A stretch of 11,546 bases of DNA from an uncultured Thermus sp. (lineage in GTDB: Bacteria; Deinococcota; Deinococci; Deinococcales; Thermaceae), in contig CAMTVD010000025.1 of the NCBI GenBank assembly GCA_947085095.1, positions 1 through 11,546 of the forward strand. Reading direction: 5' to 3'. The notes under the pieces were generated by a model. It searched no databases and was not told where the DNA came from. It worked only from the letters and a program-made list of their open reading frames with translations. Numbering within the stretch: the first letter of the stretch is position 1; every line of letters begins with the position of its first letter. Positions 8,413-11,546 of the stretch are shown here, in pieces. A program made the translations under genes and the position numbers.

Positions 8413-10518
8413 GTGGGCAAGGCGCATCCCTCCGAAGAGACCCTGCTTTCCTCCCTGAACGAGGCCCAGCGCCAGGCGGTCTTGCACTTTGAGGGGCCGG
8501 CCCTGGTGGTGGCGGGGGCGGGGAGCGGCAAGACCCGCACCGTGGTCCACCGGGTGGCCTACCTCATTGCACAGAGGGGAGTTTTCCCCTCGGAGATCCT
8601 GGCGGTCACCTTCACCAACAAGGCGGCCGAGGAGATGAGGGAGCGCCTGAAGGCCATGGTGCCGGGAGGGGGGGAGCTTTGGGTCTCCACCTTTCACGCC
8701 GCCGCTCTGCGCATCCTCAGGGTATACGGGGAGCGGGTGGGCCTGAAGCCCGGTTTTGTGGTCTACGATGAGGACGACCAGACCGCTCTTTTGAAGGAAA
8801 TATTCAAGGAGCTCGGCCTTTCCGCCAAACCTGCTCCCATCAAGAGCCTCCTGGACCGGGCCAAGAACCAAGGGGTGGCTCCGGAGAGCCTCCTCGCCGA
8901 CCTGCCCGAGTTCTACGCCGGACTTCCCCGGGGTAGGCTTCAGGACGTCCTCCTTCGCTACGGGGAGGCCCTTCGGTCCCAAGGGGCCTTGGACTTTGGG
9001 GACATTCTCCTTTACGCCCTAAGGCTTCTTGAGGGGGACGGGGAGGTCCTCAAGCGGGTCAGGAAGCGGGCCCGTTTCATCCACGTGGATGAGTACCAGG
9101 ACACGAGCCCGGTGCAGTACCACCTCACCCGGCTTCTGGCGGGGGAGGAGGCCAACCTCATGGCGGTGGGGGACCCGGACCAGGGCATCTACTCCTTCCG
9201 GGCCGCGGACATCCGGAACATCCTGGACTTCACCCGGGACTATCCCGGGGCCAAGGTGTACCGCCTCGAGGACAACTACCGTTCCACCGAGGCCATCCTC
9301 CGCTTCGCCAACGCCGTCATCGTCAAGAACGCCCTGCGCCTGGAGAAGAACCTGCGCCCGGTGAAGCGGGGTGGGGAGCCCGTGCGCCTCTATAGGGCCG
9401 GGGACGCCCGGGAGGAGGCCCGCTTCGTGGCCGAGGAGATCGGGAGACTTGGCCCCCCCTTTGACCGGGTGGCCGTCCTCTACCGCACCAACGCGCAAAG
9501 CCGCCTCCTGGAGCAGGCCTTGGCCCAGCGGGGGGTCCCGGTCCGGGTGGTGGGGGGGGTTGGCTTCTTTGAACGGGCCGAGGTGAAGGACCTCCTGGCC
9601 TACGCCCGCTTGAGCCTGAACCCCTTGGATGCCGTGAGCCTGAAGCGGGTCCTGAACACCCCGCCCAGGGGGATCGGCCCAGCTACTCTGGAGAAAATAC
9701 AGGCTATTGCCCAGGAGCGAGGCCTGCCCCTCTTTGAGGCCCTGGAGGCGGGGGCGGCGGTTTTGCCCCGCCCCGAGCCCGTGCGCCACTTCCTGGCCCT
9801 CATGGCCGAGCTCATGGACCTGGCCTTTGGTCCGGCGGAGGCCTTCTTCCGCCACCTTTTGGAGGCCACCGACTACCTCACCTACCTGAAGGAGGCCTAT
9901 CCCGAGGACGCCGAGGACCGCCTGGAGAACGTGGAGGAGCTCCTTAGGGCCGCCAGGGAGGCGGAAAGCCTCGTGGACTTCCTGGACAAGGTGGCCCTCA
10001 CCGCCCGGGCGGAGGAGCCCGGTGAGGCGGAGGGGCGGGTCTCCCTCATGACCCTGCACAACGCCAAGGGGCTGGAGTTCCCCGTGGTCTTCCTGGTGGG
10101 GGTGGAGGAGGGGCTTTTGCCCCACCGCTCCTCCCTGTCCACCCTCGAGGGCCTGGAAGAGGAGCGCCGCCTCTTCTATGTGGGGGTTACCCGGGCCCAA
10201 GATAGGCTTTACCTCTCCTACGCCCAGGAGCGGGAGATCTACGGCCGCCCGGAGCCCGTGCGCCCAAGCCGCTTCCTGGAGGAGGTGGAGGAAGATCTTT
10301 ACGAGGTCTACGACCCCCACCGTTCCTCTCCCAAGAAGCCCCTTCCGCCTCCTCACCGGGCCCCTGCTGGGGCTTTCAAGGGCGGGGAAAGGGTGGTCCA
10401 TCCCCGGTTTGGCCTGGGGACGGTAGTGGCGGCGGCGGGGGACGAGGTGACCGTGCACTTTGAGGGGGTGGGGCTGAAGCGGCTCTCCCTCAAGTACGCG
10501 GACCTGAGGCCCGCGTAG
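8413..10518 (+). CDS. uvrD: ATP-dependent DNA helicase UvrD/PcrA (SF1A)
   Basis: 701 aa: Q motif LNEAQ, AGAGSGKT, TFTNKAA, DEYQD, VGDPDQ.IY.FR, NYRST, YRTNAQ, TLHNAKGLEF, EERRLFYVGVTRA, plus the C-terminal Tudor-like domain (V.HP.FG.GTV...V.F). Confidence 0.97.
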   Translation: MGKAHPSEETLLSSLNEAQRQAVLHFEGPALVVAGAGSGKTRTVVHRVAYLIAQRGVFPSEILAVTFTNKAAEEMRERLKAMVPGGGELWVSTFHAAALRILRVYGERVGLKPGFVVYDEDDQTALLKEIFKELGLSAKPAPIKSLLDRAKNQGVAPESLLADLPEFYAGLPRGRLQDVLLRYGEALRSQGALDFGDILLYALRLLEGDGEVLKRVRKRARFIHVDEYQDTSPVQYHLTRLLAGEEANLMAVGDPDQGIYSFRAADIRNILDFTRDYPGAKVYRLEDNYRSTEAILRFANAVIVKNALRLEKNLRPVKRGGEPVRLYRAGDAREEARFVAEEIGRLGPPFDRVAVLYRTNAQSRLLEQALAQRGVPVRVVGGVGFFERAEVKDLLAYARLSLNPLDAVSLKRVLNTPPRGIGPATLEKIQAIAQERGLPLFEALEAGAAVLPRPEPVRHFLALMAELMDLAFGPAEAFFRHLLEATDYLTYLKEAYPEDAEDRLENVEELLRAAREAESLVDFLDKVALTARAEEPGEAEGRVSLMTLHNAKGLEFPVVFLVGVEEGLLPHRSSLSTLEGLEEERRLFYVGVTRAQDRLYLSYAQEREIYGRPEPVRPSRFLEEVEEDLYEVYDPHRSSPKKPLPPPHRAPAGAFKGGERVVHPRFGLGTVVAAAGDEVTVHFEGVGLKRLSLKYADLRPA

Positions 10519-10528
10519 GAGGACGGCG

Positions 10529-11242
10529 ATGTGGCCCCCTTACCACAAGACAAGGCCCCTCCTGGTGAGCTACCAGGGGGCTTCCCCCCTCTACGACCGC
10601 CTCCTGGCCGAAGTGGCCGCCGCCCGCCTGCCCCTTTTCCCCTACCCGGTGGAGATCAAGGACCCATGGCAGGCCCTTCCCTGCCTGGCGCCTTTGGACC
10701 TGGCTGGCGTGGTTCTGGAGGAGGCCCTGCCCCCTCCTGAGGGGGTGCGCCTCGAGCCCGAGGCGGAGCGGGCGGGTCTGGTGGACCTGGTGGTGCCGGG
10801 GACCCTGGGGCCCGTGGGGCACTACACGGAGGGGCTCGCTTTGGACAGGCTCCTTTCCGCCTTCTTCCCGGGGTCCAAGGCCCTTTGGCTTGGGCCCTTG
10901 CGCCCTGGCCTCGCCCCCTTTCTCCGGGCCTTGGGCCAGGTCTCCGTGGTGGCCAGAAGTTTCGCTGAGGGGGACAGCTTTCTGGCCCGCTTGCCCGAGA
11001 GGGCCCGGGGGCACGTGGCCCTGAGGCCGGAAGATGTGCGTGCCCTGGCCCTCAAGGTGGATCTCCTCGTCTTTGCCGGGGGCAGACTTCCCCTGGATGC
11101 CCTCCAACCCTTCCACACCCTCTTGGCCTTGGCCCCGGTGGAGCGGGGGGTGAAGGAGCGGGTCCTCGAGGTCCATGGCCCCGAAACCCTCCTGGACTTC
11201 CGGGTCAAGGCGGTGCTGGAGGCGCTAGGCTACGCCTTGTAA
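10529..11242 (+). CDS. Hypothetical protein with degenerate shikimate dehydrogenase (AroE)-like architecture
   Basis: SD GGAGG at 10518-10522 and normal codon style. LEPEAERAGLVDLV...GHYTE, KALWLG and VSVVARS align by eye to AroE A..IGAVNT...G.NTD, ALVLGAGG and V.NRT. Confidence 0.65.
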   Translation: MWPPYHKTRPLLVSYQGASPLYDRLLAEVAAARLPLFPYPVEIKDPWQALPCLAPLDLAGVVLEEALPPPEGVRLEPEAERAGLVDLVVPGTLGPVGHYTEGLALDRLLSAFFPGSKALWLGPLRPGLAPFLRALGQVSVVARSFAEGDSFLARLPERARGHVALRPEDVRALALKVDLLVFAGGRLPLDALQPFHTLLALAPVERGVKERVLEVHGPETLLDFRVKAVLEALGYAL

Positions 11243-11274
11243 AAAAACATCCCCACGTGCGTGGGGACTACTTT
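11241..11274 (-). terminator. Intrinsic terminator-like structure formed by the repeat hairpin plus T7 tract (possibly bidirectional)
   Basis: Minus strand: GC-rich stem followed by TG and TTTTTTT (A7 at 11241-11247 on +). Plus strand: the same stem followed by CTACTTT, just after the stop of the uvrD-linked gene. Confidence 0.55.
11248..11271 (-). CRISPR. Solitary, 3'-truncated type I-E CRISPR repeat (no array)
   Basis: The reverse complement reads GTAGTCCCCACGCACGTGGGGATG, the first 24 nt of the 29-nt Thermus I-E repeat as I recall it (..GGGGATGGACCG). It has a 7-bp stem TCCCCAC/GTGGGGA and a 4-nt loop. The final GACCG is replaced by TTTTT, and there is no second copy ~61 nt away. Confidence 0.82.
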
Positions 11275-11382
11275 AAGGCGGGGGTCAGGTTTCCCTCCCC
11301 GCGGCGGGCCTCTTCTCGGGCCAGGGTGTTTTTCCTTGGCCCGGACATGCCCGCGGTGACGAGCTTATCCCCCATAAGGGTC
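11272..11382 (-). promoter_or_regulatory. Possible CRISPR leader-like region
   Basis: About 110 non-coding nt directly 5' of the repeat on the minus strand, with A-runs (GGAAAAAC, TTAAA abutting the repeat) and a -10-like TAAGCT at 11367-11362. Positional inference only. Confidence 0.4.
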
Positions 11383-11546
11383 TAGTCTCTTCAGGAACCA
11401 GCTAAGGCTAAGTGCCAACCCCTTATCATGTCAACATGGCAGCCCCTCTTCAGATCCAGCTGACCCCTGAGGAGGACCGGCTCCTGCTGGAACTCTCCCT
11501 GGACCCGAAGACCCACAAGAAAACCCGCCTCTGGGCCGCCATGGTC
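11383..11546 (+). mobile_element. Left end of a probable IS630-family insertion sequence (truncated by the window edge)
   Basis: Transposase-like ORF from 11436. CTAG at 11382-11385 provides the TA target typical of IS630. The exact end cannot be confirmed without the right inverted repeat. Confidence 0.55.
11436..11546 (+). CDS. Probable IS630-family transposase, N-terminal 37 aa
   Basis: Hand translation MAAPLQIQLTPEEDRLLLELSLDPKTHKKTRLWAAMV fits the I.LT.EE...L..L.......R.RA pattern that precedes the HTH in IS630 transposases. A -10 TATCAT (11424-11429) lies 6 nt before the ATG. Confidence 0.7.
   Translation, partial: MAAPLQIQLTPEEDRLLLELSLDPKTHKKTRLWAAMV

Noticed and set aside
9019..10458. 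479-aa antisense ORF within uvrD, and similar shadow ORFs (1489-2310, 2901-3503, 5218-5982, 6964-7659, 7542-8228, 8389-8982, 10490-11176)
   Set aside because: These are expected stop-free shadows of GC3-rich genes, with no recognisable motifs.
5131..10518. HD + MBL + UvrD as an anti-phage defence or Cas3-like module
   Set aside because: The genes are on different strands and transcription units. The helicase is a canonical housekeeping UvrD/PcrA, and composition matches the core genome.
11180..11340. A multi-repeat CRISPR array
   Set aside because: No repeat copy at the expected ~61-nt period on either side, and no cas gene in the window.

Overview
GC-rich bacterial chromosomal segment, very likely from a Thermus species, judged from protein recognition, codon style and a Thermus-type CRISPR repeat. 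Most of it is a densely packed housekeeping block. In order: 3' end of an HspR-like MerR regulator, M20 peptidase, ComB-family phosphatase (-), CRP regulator (-), orphan ABC ATPase, purine nucleoside phosphorylase, enoyl-CoA hydratase, HD phosphohydrolase, DUF2267 protein (-), metallo-beta-lactamase-fold protein (-), short phosphohexomutase-like protein (-), UvrD/PcrA helicase and a degenerate shikimate-dehydrogenase-like protein. The last ~300 nt are accessory: a solitary, 3'-truncated type I-E CRISPR repeat (minus strand) fused to a T7 tract, a probable leader-like stretch, and the start of a probable IS630-family transposase. The most notable non-coding signals are the solitary repeat, a symmetric bidirectional leaderless promoter between the mutase-like gene and uvrD, and a HAIR-like (HspR) site over the DUF2267 promoter. 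No complete novel multi-gene system can be demonstrated from sequence alone. All family assignments come from motif recognition, not database searches.
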